Of a stretch of DNA of 20,050 bases, positions 1 to 10,630 are shown piece after piece. The stretch's first letter is position 1, and each line of letters opens with the position of its first letter. Under the pieces are notes generated by a model. That model saw only the letters and a program-made list of their open reading frames with translations, was not told the DNA's origin and did no database searches. A program made the position numbers and the translations under genes. The stretch lies in the NCBI GenBank assembly GCA_964496765.1, contig CAZCAP010000007.1, forward strand, positions 17,759-37,808, given 5' to 3'. The DNA comes from an uncultured archaeon (GTDB lineage: Archaea; Iainarchaeota; Iainarchaeia; Iainarchaeales; CSSED10-239).

Positions 1-52
1 TTTTTAAAAAACAGTTCTATTTTTAAAAGCTTATTTTAAATATCTATAATAT

Positions 53-727
53 ATGATAAAGATAGATAACTATTATAAGTTTGTAGGATCCAGTTTTGGA
101 CTTGCATACTTTATTGGGCTAACAATTGCATTAATATATATTCTACTTGGAGCAAGCTATCCAGTTCCTGAAAGCTTTACTGGTTCTCTTCATCTAACTT
201 CTCAGATTTATTTTAAAACAACCTATTTGGAGATGTCAAACACTTCTTTTAATTTAGCAATAATACCTTTTTCCTATCTAATTGAAGCAGTTAACTATGG
301 TTTCACACACATGGTGCTATTGACCTCATCCTTTTTAGGGCAAATCAAATTATTTGTTCAACTACTACCACAACTTCTTTTCTTCTTGAGCTTCATTATA
401 TTCTCAACAATTGGATTAAAAGTAGTACTTTATATAATTAAGAATATTGTTAATTATTTATTACAGAAGAAAGATAAATATAGAAAGCTTGAATTAAAAA
501 TATTTTCAAAGGATGATATTATTTTTTGTTTTATAGGAATACTGAGTCTGTTGGTTGGAACCCTATTTCAATTAAAGCTAATTAAGATTATGTTTATATT
601 TTTAATTAATTTCAAAGCAATTACGTTTGTATTAATTTTATTATTGTATATTATTTTAATTTTAATTTCTGGATATACTTTGTATAATCTTGGATTTGAC
701 GTTTATAATGAATTAAATAAAAAATAA
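53..727 (+). CDS. Multi-pass membrane protein of unknown function
   Basis: 224-aa ORF with several long hydrophobic segments; stop lies 15 bp upstream of the next ORF, same strand. Confidence 0.6.
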   Translation: MIKIDNYYKFVGSSFGLAYFIGLTIALIYILLGASYPVPESFTGSLHLTSQIYFKTTYLEMSNTSFNLAIIPFSYLIEAVNYGFTHMVLLTSSFLGQIKLFVQLLPQLLFFLSFIIFSTIGLKVVLYIIKNIVNYLLQKKDKYRKLELKIFSKDDIIFCFIGILSLLVGTLFQLKLIKIMFIFLINFKAITFVLILLLYIILILISGYTLYNLGFDVYNELNKK

Positions 728-741
728 ATTAGGAATTAAAA

Positions 742-2037
742 ATGGGAATTGATTTTAAAGAAGAAGATGTCATAGTTGGAAGATCACAAAATCAGATTGA
801 TAAGTATGGGTCTAAGGGAACAGGATATATTGGTAAGGTTGTTGTTTCTGCTGGTGATGATCCAGTTCTTGGTAAAAAAGTATTAATGGATTTATCAAAA
901 TCACATGTTATGATTATTTGCGGAAAAAGGGGTGGGGGAAAATCGTACAGCACATCAGTAATTATTGAAGAATTCTGCAAACAACCCTTCGACATTAAAG
1001 AAAGATTATCAGTTATTGTTATTGATACTGTTGGTATATTCTGGACAATGAAGTATGCAAACAAGGGAGAAGATGAAAGTCTTTCAAAATGGGATCTTAA
1101 GGCAGAAGGAGTAGATATTAGAAACATGATTCCTTTTGGTAAACAAGATTTCTATAGAGAAAAAAATATTCCATTCGATATCCCTTTTTCAATTAGAACA
1201 TCACAGATGGATTTAGAAGATTGGCTTGGAATGTTTCGTTTAAGCTGGAAAGATCCAGAAACATCTCTTCTTTCAAGAACAATGGAAGCAATCAGAGAAA
1301 AGGTTGGAACACTCTATGATATTGATGATATTATGAAGGTCGCATTAAAAGATGAAGAAACAACAATTGATGTTAAAAATTCACTGGTTAATAGATTAAA
1401 GGTTGCTAAGGGCTGGGGACTATTTTCAAAACAAGGAACAACTACTAAAGAGTTTGCAAGACCAGCAACAATTACTGTTATTGATGTTTCAACCTACAAA
1501 CAAACAATTGGAATGGAAGCAGTTTCTGAACTCATTGTTGGATTGCTTGGAAAAAGATTATACGAAGAAAGAATGCTCTATAGAAAGGAAGAAGAAATGA
1601 ATCTTCTATCTGGAAAAAAGAAAGAAAGTGAAATGCCTATTATTTGGATGATGATTGATGAGGCACACATGTTCATGCCCCAGGATAGACCAAGTATGGC
1701 TCTAGATGTTCTTCTCCAATGGATTAGGGTTGGTAGACAACCAGGACTTTCTTTACTTCTTGCAACCCAGAGACCAAACAAGCTCCATTCAGAAGCAATT
1801 TCCCAATGTGATCTATTCCTTTCAATGAGAATGACAGCCCAGGAAGACATTAATGCAGTATCTGCAATCAGACCAAGCTATCTAAACTTACCAATAGACA
1901 AATTTTATGCTCAAATGCCAAAATCCCAGGGATATGCTATTCTTCTGGATGATAATTCTGAGAAGATGATGCTAATTAAGATTAGACCAAGATTAACCTG
2001 GGATGGAGGAAAGACCGCAAACGTTTTTGTTGATTAA
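742..2037 (+). CDS. HerA-like / DUF87 archaeal ATPase
   Basis: Walker A-like GKRGGGKS, hhhhDE (IIWMMIDEAHMF), and WIRVGRQPGLSLLLATQRPNKLHSEAISQCDLFLSMRM, typical of HerA/FtsK-superfamily DUF87 ATPases. Confidence 0.85.
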   Translation: MGIDFKEEDVIVGRSQNQIDKYGSKGTGYIGKVVVSAGDDPVLGKKVLMDLSKSHVMIICGKRGGGKSYSTSVIIEEFCKQPFDIKERLSVIVIDTVGIFWTMKYANKGEDESLSKWDLKAEGVDIRNMIPFGKQDFYREKNIPFDIPFSIRTSQMDLEDWLGMFRLSWKDPETSLLSRTMEAIREKVGTLYDIDDIMKVALKDEETTIDVKNSLVNRLKVAKGWGLFSKQGTTTKEFARPATITVIDVSTYKQTIGMEAVSELIVGLLGKRLYEERMLYRKEEEMNLLSGKKKESEMPIIWMMIDEAHMFMPQDRPSMALDVLLQWIRVGRQPGLSLLLATQRPNKLHSEAISQCDLFLSMRMTAQEDINAVSAIRPSYLNLPIDKFYAQMPKSQGYAILLDDNSEKMMLIKIRPRLTWDGGKTANVFVD

Positions 2038-2041
2038 ATAA

Positions 2042-3433
2042 TTATTTTGATCTAATTTTATGAAGTATCCTTCTTTCCTGTGCAGATAGAACATGCCAAA
2101 AGTGCTTAACACTATAGGCAACTGGTTTTTGTAAAATTATGTTTGCATATAGATTCACTGGTTTCTTATTTACATCTTTTATTCTTCTTGAATAAATAAA
2201 CGCAATAAATCTAAACACCATTGATATGATTATTACCAATAGGATTGCCTGCATTTCATTACCATATATAGACTTACCTATTGAAATTATTCCAGCACCT
2301 AGTAGAGAACCAATAACCATAGCGAATGCTTGAAAGATATAAAAGAAAGACATATGATTAATTAGATCAACCTTAACATTTTGATAAAAATAATTTATAA
2401 TTGCATAATTAAATCCTGCAAAAACAATTCCTGATAGGAACTGAAGAATAATTAAAACTGGTAGGTATTGCACAAAGAAGTATTCCACAAATAGAGTAAA
2501 TGGAATAAAGGCAATTGTAGTTTTAATAATCTTAACTGCTCCATACTTATTTGAAATATAACCCCAATAGTATAAACTAAACACAGACCCTAAAACAAAT
2601 GCAGCAAACCATAAAATATAATTGGAATAACTAAATTGTAATACATTTAATAACAAATATGGAAAATATGATGTAGATATATACAATCCAAAGTAAAAAA
2701 GTAAAATGAATATTAAAAAATTTAAAAAGGCTTTATCCTTTAAAACCTCTTTTTTAAACACAGAAAAAATTGGTTTTGCCATTATTTTTGTTTCACTAAC
2801 GATTTCTTCTCTATCCTCTGTTTTGCTCATCCTATTTAAAAATCTAGATGAAATAAATCTAAATAATCCAGCACATAAAAACAATATCACGAATCCAATT
2901 AATTGTGGATCCGATCTAACAACATCAAGAAGAAGTCCAGCAAAAATAATTGGAAGAAGAGAAAACAAATCAAGTATAAGATTCTTTGATGCAATAAACT
3001 TACCGATTTTTTCAGGAGGAAAAATCTTTCTAATCCAATCACGATAAATTGGATCCAGAAGAAGTCCAGAACCAATCAGCAGGGTATACACAATAATAAT
3101 TACCCAAACTACAGTTGTTCCAGTAAATAAAAATTTAACAAGTGCAAGTGGAATCCAAAGGAATGCCTGAAGTGTTATAAAAAAAACAACAGCCTGTCTT
3201 TTTGAATTAAACTTACTTAATATTTTATAGGATATTAATACAAGGAAGGAAGTAACAAAGATAGGAACAGTATCTATTAACCCAACCTGTAACGGAGATG
3301 CACCAAGAGTAATTATAAATGGAACAAGAAAAGATAAACCAATTGAGTTCATTAAAACATAAAATATTCCATCACTAATTGAATATTTTGTGTCTCTTTT
3401 AATCTGTGGATTAGTATTTTGAAAATTTAACAT
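2042..3433 (-). CDS. MFS-type transporter
   Basis: 463 aa, about 12 hydrophobic segments, N-terminal pattern LSFLVPFIITLGASPLQVGLIDTVP; convergent with the DUF87 ATPase (4-bp gap). Confidence 0.7.
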   Translation of the reverse strand: MLNFQNTNPQIKRDTKYSISDGIFYVLMNSIGLSFLVPFIITLGASPLQVGLIDTVPIFVTSFLVLISYKILSKFNSKRQAVVFFITLQAFLWIPLALVKFLFTGTTVVWVIIIVYTLLIGSGLLLDPIYRDWIRKIFPPEKIGKFIASKNLILDLFSLLPIIFAGLLLDVVRSDPQLIGFVILFLCAGLFRFISSRFLNRMSKTEDREEIVSETKIMAKPIFSVFKKEVLKDKAFLNFLIFILLFYFGLYISTSYFPYLLLNVLQFSYSNYILWFAAFVLGSVFSLYYWGYISNKYGAVKIIKTTIAFIPFTLFVEYFFVQYLPVLIILQFLSGIVFAGFNYAIINYFYQNVKVDLINHMSFFYIFQAFAMVIGSLLGAGIISIGKSIYGNEMQAILLVIIISMVFRFIAFIYSRRIKDVNKKPVNLYANIILQKPVAYSVKHFWHVLSAQERRILHKIRSK

Positions 3434-3512
3434 AAATAATTCTATTTCTAATTAGTTTACTATAAATTGATAGTCAGAAATATTTATAAAGAAGATTTAA
3501 GATCAAAAATAG

Positions 3513-3586
3513 TGCCCGAAGGGGGATTCGGACCCCCGTTATCAGAGTGAGAGTCTGATGTGATTACCGAGCTACACTATTCGGGC
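3513..3586 (-). tRNA. tRNA-Glu (anticodon CTC)
   Basis: Minus strand GCCCGAA TA GTG..CAC A TCAGA CTCTCAC TCTGA TAAC GGGGG TCCGAAT CCCCC TTCGGGC A: 7-bp acceptor, 5-bp anticodon stem, 5-bp T stem, discriminator A. Confidence 0.93.
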
Positions 3587-3661
3587 AACAATTATCTTAA
3601 AACCTGTTAAAAATTAGATCTCTCACAATATATATTATAAATGTAAATCTATTTAAACCCA

Positions 3662-4279
3662 TTATTTCTTTCTTCTTGAGGACTTTTTAGGAGGACTTAC
3701 TTTGCTTTTCTTCTGTTTTGGTTTTGGTTCCTCAATCTCTTCTTCAAATTCAGGTTCATCTTCGTTATCTTCATTCTCAATTGCCTGATCTTCATCCTCC
3801 AATGATTCTTCCTCAGGAAGTAAACCATCAAGCTCATTGTCCTCTTCTTCAAAGTTATATTCTTCATCTACTTCTTCATCTAATCTTTTTCTGGAGATTG
3901 ATTCTTCTTTCCTAATACCAAGAACATTAGTTTCCTCTGCTTTAATATTTCTAAAGTGAAGCACATAGAACACTATAAAGTTTAATAAAATAAAACAAAT
4001 TATAATTTGATAAAACAAACCTTGGGCATATATTATTAATAGTCTTACAAGAAGAAGGATGCTTGCAAATATCTCAATATATGATAAATATCTTTCTCTG
4101 GAGAACAATTGGGTTGTGTTAACAAAAATAAAACCAAGAACAGCAAGTGAGATAAATAAACCTAATAAAAAAGGATTTGTAAAGAAGAAAGAAAGAACAG
4201 TAAACAAAAATAGTGCATAGGGTGCAATCTTTCTAAATATATTCTTTTTAATTGTAATTGTGGTCATATATTCTTCCAA
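3662..4279 (-). CDS. Membrane protein with long acidic C-terminal tail ending in a basic patch
   Basis: Four or more hydrophobic segments, then a D/E-rich region (EEDNELDGLLPEEESLEDEDQ...) and KPKQKKSKVSPPKKSSRRKK. Confidence 0.6.
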   Translation of the reverse strand: MEEYMTTITIKKNIFRKIAPYALFLFTVLSFFFTNPFLLGLFISLAVLGFIFVNTTQLFSRERYLSYIEIFASILLLVRLLIIYAQGLFYQIIICFILLNFIVFYVLHFRNIKAEETNVLGIRKEESISRKRLDEEVDEEYNFEEEDNELDGLLPEEESLEDEDQAIENEDNEDEPEFEEEIEEPKPKQKKSKVSPPKKSSRRKK

Positions 4280-4348
4280 ACTTCTAATTTGATTAGAGAA
4301 TATTTAAGAGAAAAAGATTTATAAACCGTACTAGAGATTAATTTAGTT

Positions 4349-4687
4349 ATGGCAATTAACAAGAAAAGAAAAATAGAAGTGAAAAAGAAAACTAATAAAT
4401 CATCTATTAGCAAAGTTAACAAAGAAACTCATTTTAAGTTACTTAATAGAAACTGTAGAAAAGCATTCAATAAAACAATAGGTGAGCTTGTGGGGAACTA
4501 TAATCCATTCTTTGGTTCAAAGTATCCTCTGGAAATTAGAAATAAAGCCACAAAACATATGGTTACTTACATGTATGAAAAAACAAAGGTTAAAGCATTA
4601 CCTGAAACCAGAAAGGAATTCATACAACTTCTTGAAGAAGCAGGAGACTATGCACGTGTTAAGATAATCCAAGATATAAAGAATTAG
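4349..4687 (+). CDS. Small basic protein of unknown function
   Basis: 112-aa ORF preceded by TTTATAAACC-like AT-rich promoter sequence; divergent from 3662-4279. Confidence 0.55.
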   Translation: MAINKKRKIEVKKKTNKSSISKVNKETHFKLLNRNCRKAFNKTIGELVGNYNPFFGSKYPLEIRNKATKHMVTYMYEKTKVKALPETRKEFIQLLEEAGDYARVKIIQDIKN

Positions 4688-4746
4688 TTTCTAATCATTA
4701 ATGCAAAATCACAAACACTATTTTTTGTTTAAAAAAGAAAAAGAAA

Positions 4747-5205
4747 TTAGTTGCTTTTAAATAAAGCAACCATATCCTTTTGTACTTGGAATAAATAGAT
4801 TATCATATATACAATAAACATAAAGTATATTGATATAATCAATGGTAAAAGTCCTACTAATCCTACTTTAAATAAAATTGTGAGGGCAATTATGAAATAA
4901 ATAATAGCTCCTGCTCCAGATATATATAACTGAATCAATAGCATTATTCTACCATAGTTCTTGAACTTCCATAACCCACAGGCCATGATACAAGAATATA
5001 GCCCACATACTAGGAAAAGACCACCCATAAACACTAATAGTCCCTGTGCACCAGTTACTGATAATGCAGACCCAAAAGTACCTATAAAAGTACTTTTTAC
5101 AAAAATGAACAAAAATCCAAATACAACAAGAAATATACCTATAACCCAATTATTTATAGAAACAAATCTTGTAATAAATTGACTTAAAGACCAATTTTCA
5201 AACAT
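4747..5205 (-). CDS. Small membrane protein, about 4 TM segments
   Basis: 152-aa hydrophobic ORF. Confidence 0.55.
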   Translation of the reverse strand: MFENWSLSQFITRFVSINNWVIGIFLVVFGFLFIFVKSTFIGTFGSALSVTGAQGLLVFMGGLFLVCGLYSCIMACGLWKFKNYGRIMLLIQLYISGAGAIIYFIIALTILFKVGLVGLLPLIISIYFMFIVYMIIYLFQVQKDMVALFKSN

Positions 5206-5289
5206 ATATAATTTCTCCTTTTTTAATTTATATATTATTAAATTTAATTAAATCTGGAGGCATAATATTTAAAAAGAGTATTTTTTAAT

Positions 5290-5790
5290 TTACTTAATGT
5301 ATTTTTTATAATTTTTAACAAAAAAAGGAATATCTCTCCAAATGTTTCTTACCATTTGCCTATCATATATTTCATTTACGAATCCACCAAGTTCATCTAA
5401 AGCTTCATTATTATCTTTAACAGGTACCTTCTTGTTATAGCAAACCTCATAAAATAGAGGAGACTTATAATTAAATTTTTCCTTAATGTATTGCTGGTGA
5501 TTAGTGGCCATGGACACAACCAAATTAGAATTAGTTATTTGCTCCTGGTTTAGCTTTTTTCTTCTATGCTTGGAACAATCAATCCCAAGTGTTAAAAGTT
5601 CTTCCTTGACCTCATAGAGAATGTTTTGAGGGTTATTACCAGTCACCCCAGCAGATGTAACTTCAATGTTTTTAATCTTATTTAGTTCACAGTATTTTCT
5701 AAGACAATACTCTGCAATCATGCTTCTAAAAACATTCCCTGTACAAACAAATAATATTTTAGTTGGTTTCATATATATAATATATAGCAT
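5290..5790 (-). CDS. Low-molecular-weight protein tyrosine phosphatase-like protein
   Basis: KILFVCTGNVFRSMIAEYCLRKY: N-terminal CX5R(S) P-loop typical of LMW-PTP/ArsC-like phosphatases. Confidence 0.75.
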   Translation of the reverse strand: MLYIIYMKPTKILFVCTGNVFRSMIAEYCLRKYCELNKIKNIEVTSAGVTGNNPQNILYEVKEELLTLGIDCSKHRRKKLNQEQITNSNLVVSMATNHQQYIKEKFNYKSPLFYEVCYNKKVPVKDNNEALDELGGFVNEIYDRQMVRNIWRDIPFFVKNYKKYIK

Positions 5791-5838
5791 TATATTTATA
5801 TTATGGAGTAAAATAGAATTAACAAGCCACTAATCAAA

Positions 5839-8475
5839 TCAAGATTCAATTACCCAAAATCTTTTTTTATTGTTTATTGCTTTTAGGATATCAAAAATTA
5901 TAATGAATAGGAATCCAACCCCGATTGCAACCAACCAAGAAGTTATTCCTAAAGGAATGGTTCCAAAAAGCTTATTTAGAGGAGTATAGATAATTGCAAT
6001 TGTTGCTAAAATAGATATTAAAGATGCAAAGAAAAGATATTTGTTTGTAACTAAAGATCTTCTGAATACGCCTTTCCTGAATGATCTATAAATAAAAGCA
6101 CCTAATATTTCAAGTAGGATTAAAGTTAATAGAGCTGTTGTGGTTGCATGAATTGCATCAAATCCAAGAACATTAAAAGTAACATAATAGACTATTAATG
6201 TAAATCCTGCAATTATTATACTTGAAAATAAAAGTAAAAATATTAGATTCTTGGTTAATATATTTCTTTTTTTTGGTCTCTCATCCATAATATCATTTGA
6301 GGAAGGATTAAAACCAAGAGCAATGGCTGGTAGATTATCAGTAACTATATTCATAAACAATATTTGTAAAGGTAGAAGAATTGGTATTGGCCATCCTAGG
6401 CTTGTGGCTAAAATCACACCAAAAATAATTATAAATAATTCTGCAAAATTACAGGACAATTGATAGGTCATAAACTTTCTTAGGTTTGCAAAGATAGTTC
6501 TTCCTTCTTTAACAGCAGTAACTATGGTTGCGAAATTATCATCCTTTAATGTTAGATCTGCAACAGATCTTGAAACATCAGTACCAGTTTTGCCCATTGC
6601 AACCCCAACATGTGCTTCCTTTAATGCAGGAGCATCATTTACCCCGTCTCCTGTCATAGTAACAACTTCACCATGGGCTTTGAGTGCTTTAACTATCCTT
6701 AGCTTATGCTCTGGTCTTACTCTTGCAAAAACAACAACATTTTGTATGATTTTGAATAGTTCATCATCGGTTAATGCATCCATTTCATTACCATCAATCA
6801 CCTCACCATCTAATATTCCAATTTCTTTTGCAATGGCTGTTGCTGTTTCCTTGTTATCTCCAGTAATCATCTTTATTTTTATTCCTGCTTTTTTACAAAA
6901 CAAGATTGTTTCTTTAACTTCTTCTCTTGGAGGGTCTTCCATTCCCACAAATCCAATAAATATTAAATCAGATTCTAGATTTTTACTATCTATTTGATAT
7001 GCAAAGCCTAGTGTTCTTAGTGCTTTTTTTGTCATGTTCCTATTGTTTTCTAGGATTTCATCTTTATCTTTCTTAGTTAACTTTGAAACCCTACCATTTC
7101 TATGAATAGATGTACAATGATTTAATAGAACCTCAACAGCACCCTTAACATAAACTGTTTTTGTGTTTTTTTCTAAAACAAGAACATTCATCATTTTTCT
7201 TTCTGAACTAAACGGAATTTCATTCTCTCTAATAACTTCGAAATCATCTTTGAATATTTCAACCTTTGAAGCAAGGATTAGAAGTGCTGCTTCTGTTGGT
7301 GTTCCGGATATTTTATAACTTAAATCATCTTCAACTTTTCTAATTATTGCATCATTACAAAGAACTGATGATTTTAAGATCAAAGATAATTCTTTATTTT
7401 TATTTAAATCTATTTTTTTATTGTTAAGCAGGATTTCTCCTTTACTTTCAAAACCAATTCCAGTAACATCATATAAATTATTATTTGCAAAAACAGTTTT
7501 TACGGTCATCTCTCCCTTTGTTATGGTTCCAGTTTTATCTGAACAGATAACAGTTGTTTCTCCAAGTGTTTCAATAATTGACATTCTGCTTACAATTGCA
7601 TTTTTTTTTGCCATTCTATAAGCTCCAGAAGATAGGGTAGTAATTAGAACCACTGGTAGGCCTTCAGGAAATGCAGAAACTGAAATTGCAATAACTAAAA
7701 TAATAACATCCACAATAATTGCTTTTGTAATGAAAGGGGTTTTTAATAAAACTAGTACACCAGTTAATACTGCAAGAGACAGAGCAATAAAAGCCATTGT
7801 CTTTGTAATCTTATTTATTTTATCCTGAAGAGGGAGTTCCTTTTCTGCAGATGAAATCATACCTGCAATCTCACCAAACTTTGTGTTCATTCCTGTGTGT
7901 GTAACCTTCACAATACATTTACCACTAACTATGAATGAACCCATATAAACTTTATTTTCATCAACATAGTTTTCTTTATCTTTAGAAACTAGTTTTTTAA
8001 TTTCTTTTGATTCACCAGTTAGAATAGCTTCATTAACTAATAAATTGTTTTCTGATAAAATAACTGCATCAGCAGGAATTCTTTCACCTGTTCTTAATAT
8101 TAGAATATCTCCAGGAACAATTTCTGAGGATAGTATTTCTTTTTCTTTTGAATCCCTAATAACTAAGGTATTTGGTACTATCATTCTCTTAAGTGCAGAC
8201 ACTGCTTTTTCTGCTTTATATTCTTGAATAAATCCAGCACCCACAACAAGTACAATTACTCCAATAATTGTATAGGCAGTTACTGATTTTCCAACTATAA
8301 ATGAGAGAATGGTTGCACAAAGTAATAGATAAACAATGAAATTATTTTTAACTTGTCTTAGAAGAATAGTTAACAGAGATACTTTATTAACATCAACAAT
8401 TTCATTTAAACCAAATGTAGTTAAATTTTGTTTTGCTTCCTGTGCAGTAAGTCCATTATATAGCATAAATATCAA
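5839..8475 (-). CDS. Cation-translocating P-type ATPase (Ca2+-transporting-like)
   Basis: 878 aa; LTGES, phosphorylation motif ICSDKTGTITKGEM, KGAVEVLL, TGDGVNDAPALKEAHVGVAMG, C-terminal TM domain. Confidence 0.92.
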   Translation of the reverse strand: MIFMLYNGLTAQEAKQNLTTFGLNEIVDVNKVSLLTILLRQVKNNFIVYLLLCATILSFIVGKSVTAYTIIGVIVLVVGAGFIQEYKAEKAVSALKRMIVPNTLVIRDSKEKEILSSEIVPGDILILRTGERIPADAVILSENNLLVNEAILTGESKEIKKLVSKDKENYVDENKVYMGSFIVSGKCIVKVTHTGMNTKFGEIAGMISSAEKELPLQDKINKITKTMAFIALSLAVLTGVLVLLKTPFITKAIIVDVIILVIAISVSAFPEGLPVVLITTLSSGAYRMAKKNAIVSRMSIIETLGETTVICSDKTGTITKGEMTVKTVFANNNLYDVTGIGFESKGEILLNNKKIDLNKNKELSLILKSSVLCNDAIIRKVEDDLSYKISGTPTEAALLILASKVEIFKDDFEVIRENEIPFSSERKMMNVLVLEKNTKTVYVKGAVEVLLNHCTSIHRNGRVSKLTKKDKDEILENNRNMTKKALRTLGFAYQIDSKNLESDLIFIGFVGMEDPPREEVKETILFCKKAGIKIKMITGDNKETATAIAKEIGILDGEVIDGNEMDALTDDELFKIIQNVVVFARVRPEHKLRIVKALKAHGEVVTMTGDGVNDAPALKEAHVGVAMGKTGTDVSRSVADLTLKDDNFATIVTAVKEGRTIFANLRKFMTYQLSCNFAELFIIIFGVILATSLGWPIPILLPLQILFMNIVTDNLPAIALGFNPSSNDIMDERPKKRNILTKNLIFLLLFSSIIIAGFTLIVYYVTFNVLGFDAIHATTTALLTLILLEILGAFIYRSFRKGVFRRSLVTNKYLFFASLISILATIAIIYTPLNKLFGTIPLGITSWLVAIGVGFLFIIIFDILKAINNKKRFWVIES

Positions 8476-8632
8476 ATATATTTTAAGTATATAATCTTAT
8501 ATATATGGCTTTATAAATATATAGATTACTAATAAAATAAATCAACTCCATCTCCATATATTTATATTATTATCACATCATATTCTATTATCCGCATCCA
8601 AACAAAGCTTGCTGGGTAATATTTTAAATTAA

Positions 8633-9814
8633 GTGATAAAAATGGGATTTACTAATTTTTTTAAAAAAATAATACGGAAAGAACCAACTGTTGAATATAA
8701 GCCAACTATCAAAGAATTAACTTTCAATGAAATTAAGGATTTAATTAAAAATAAGGAGACAGAAATTAATACTAGGGAAAAGGAAGTTTTTGTTTTAATT
8801 AAAAATAGAGCAAGCTCATTTGTTAGAGATATAAATCACAAAGTTAGAAATTTAGAAAGCACAGATGTCGAATCAAAGGACACCAATGAGAGAATAAAAT
8901 CAATTGTAAAAACAAATTTAAATAAGTATATAGAGCACGTGAAAAAACTTATAGAAGAAATAGATAACCTGAATGAAGATAATTTTGAACATTTTATTAA
9001 ATGGGTAAATAATCTCTTCATTGATTTTGAAAAAAAGTCCTATGTTAATTATCACAGAGCTGTTTTCTTGATAGGGCAAGATTTAATTGACATCAGAAAG
9101 AACATAGCTGACTTTTCTAAATCTTTAATAAGCATATTAGATAAAAACAAAGAAATAATAGGATCTTCTCGTCAGATTCATGCAATTCAACAAAAAATAA
9201 AACAAGTCTTTGAAGCCAATGAAGTTATTAAAGGATTTGATGAAAGAATTAATTTATTAAATGACAAAACAAAAGATCTAGAAAAAATTAATCAAACTCT
9301 GGATAATAAAATTAAAGAAATTAAAGAAAATAAAAGTCATAAAGAAAATATAAGACATAAAGAAAAAATAAAGGAAACAGAAAAAAATTTAAAAGAAGAA
9401 ATACATGAATTTAAAGGATTAATTGACTTTAAAGAATTAGGTAATATATTTCATAGTGAAGAGAAAAAAACAAAAATAATAAGAGCCTATAAAGAAAGGT
9501 TTGAAGAAACCTATTTAGAAGATAATGGAGCAAGCATTCTTCTCCTTCTTGATGAAGCAAAACTAAACACTAGTGGAATCTCACTTAAAATAAAGCAAAT
9601 CAACACTAAAAGAGAAGAACTAATTGTGCAGGAGTCAACCATTAAAAAAGACGAAACAGAAGATTTGTTAATTGAAATTAATAAAATCAAACTAGAAATT
9701 GAAAAACTAAAAACCGAAAAAGACGATGATTTAAAGAAAAGTGAAAAAATTAAACAACAAAGAGAAAAGATAATAAGTTCAATAAAACAAGAGTTAGCAA
9801 AAATGAACAAATAG
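8633..9814 (+). CDS. Coiled-coil protein of unknown function
   Basis: 393-aa ORF with extended K/E/I-rich heptad-like segments; divergent from the P-type ATPase. Confidence 0.6.
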   Translation: MIKMGFTNFFKKIIRKEPTVEYKPTIKELTFNEIKDLIKNKETEINTREKEVFVLIKNRASSFVRDINHKVRNLESTDVESKDTNERIKSIVKTNLNKYIEHVKKLIEEIDNLNEDNFEHFIKWVNNLFIDFEKKSYVNYHRAVFLIGQDLIDIRKNIADFSKSLISILDKNKEIIGSSRQIHAIQQKIKQVFEANEVIKGFDERINLLNDKTKDLEKINQTLDNKIKEIKENKSHKENIRHKEKIKETEKNLKEEIHEFKGLIDFKELGNIFHSEEKKTKIIRAYKERFEETYLEDNGASILLLLDEAKLNTSGISLKIKQINTKREELIVQESTIKKDETEDLLIEINKIKLEIEKLKTEKDDDLKKSEKIKQQREKIISSIKQELAKMNK

Positions 9815-9822
9815 TTTATCAA

Positions 9823-10599
9823 TTACCTATTGATTTTATGTACATCAACACCAAATAGTTTAAGTTTAAAATATTTTTGTAATTCAATTCCGGTTTTGTT
9901 AATTTTAAGATTTATTTGCCAATTTTCTATGCCTTTTTTTGCAGCCTGCTTTGCCGCTGTTCTTACAACATTATTTGTATTATCTGATTTTGGAGGAGTA
10001 AATGCAGGTGCATCATAAATGAATGCTAAAAGAACAATTGCTCTGTGATTCTTAATATCTGTAGATAGATCATTAAAATGTTTAATTAGTCTATCAAAAG
10101 AATTAAATTTGGTTTTTGGCTTTTGTAAAATAAAATCAGATTTTGAGTTTTCAAAAGGGAAAGAAATGAGAGGCATCTTAACTTCAAGATAGGTGTTATC
10201 AATTAGGAAATCAATTCTAGAGTTACCTAACCTTTTTTCTCTGGATATATTTTTTCCTGTTATCATTTTAGGCAAACAATTATTTTTTATAAAAAATTCA
10301 ACATAGACATTTATTTTTGTTTGATTTATTCCTATCCAAGTCTTATTTTTTCTACTAATTGAATCAAGAGAAATAGCTTCAACCGTGTATCTTGTTTTTC
10401 TATTAAGATTATCACTTTCAGAAAGAAGACAAGGAACATCAGAAAAATGAATTTCACCAATTCTACCAGTAACTGGACAGTGACATTTGAAAACCCCATT
10501 GCTTATTTGAACATTCATTATAAATCTATTTGGTCTAGATTTTATAACACCTTCAATAAGGGGTTTTTGAAATTTATATATTAAACTCATAGTAAACAA
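9823..10599 (-). CDS. sfsA: SfsA-like protein (sugar fermentation stimulation protein A family)
   Basis: LIEGVIKSRPNRFIMNVQISNGVFKCHCPVTGRIGE..., RIDFLIDNTYLEVKMP, FDRLIKHFNDL, RAIVLLAFIYDAPAFTP: pattern of the SfsA OB-like plus nuclease-like fold. Confidence 0.75.
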   Translation of the reverse strand: MFTMSLIYKFQKPLIEGVIKSRPNRFIMNVQISNGVFKCHCPVTGRIGEIHFSDVPCLLSESDNLNRKTRYTVEAISLDSISRKNKTWIGINQTKINVYVEFFIKNNCLPKMITGKNISREKRLGNSRIDFLIDNTYLEVKMPLISFPFENSKSDFILQKPKTKFNSFDRLIKHFNDLSTDIKNHRAIVLLAFIYDAPAFTPPKSDNTNNVVRTAAKQAAKKGIENWQINLKINKTGIELQKYFKLKLFGVDVHKINR

Positions 10600-10630
10600 A
10601 CCTAAAAGAAAATAAAAAGTAGTTAGAAAA

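Noticed and set aside
792-1127. Antisense or nested ORFs (792-1127, 1403-1600, 1578-1850, 2706-3047, 6251-6463, 6524-6997, 7421-7621, 8045-8227, 8836-9021, 9511-9822, 9830-10018, 16877-17248 and similar)
   Set aside because: They lie opposite or inside long ORFs with strong family motifs or coherent composition, and none has recognisable domains.
3662-4279. Acidic/basic tail of the 205-aa membrane protein as a novel system component
   Set aside because: Low-complexity tails are common in compact AT-rich archaeal genomes, and nothing nearby suggests a coupled function.
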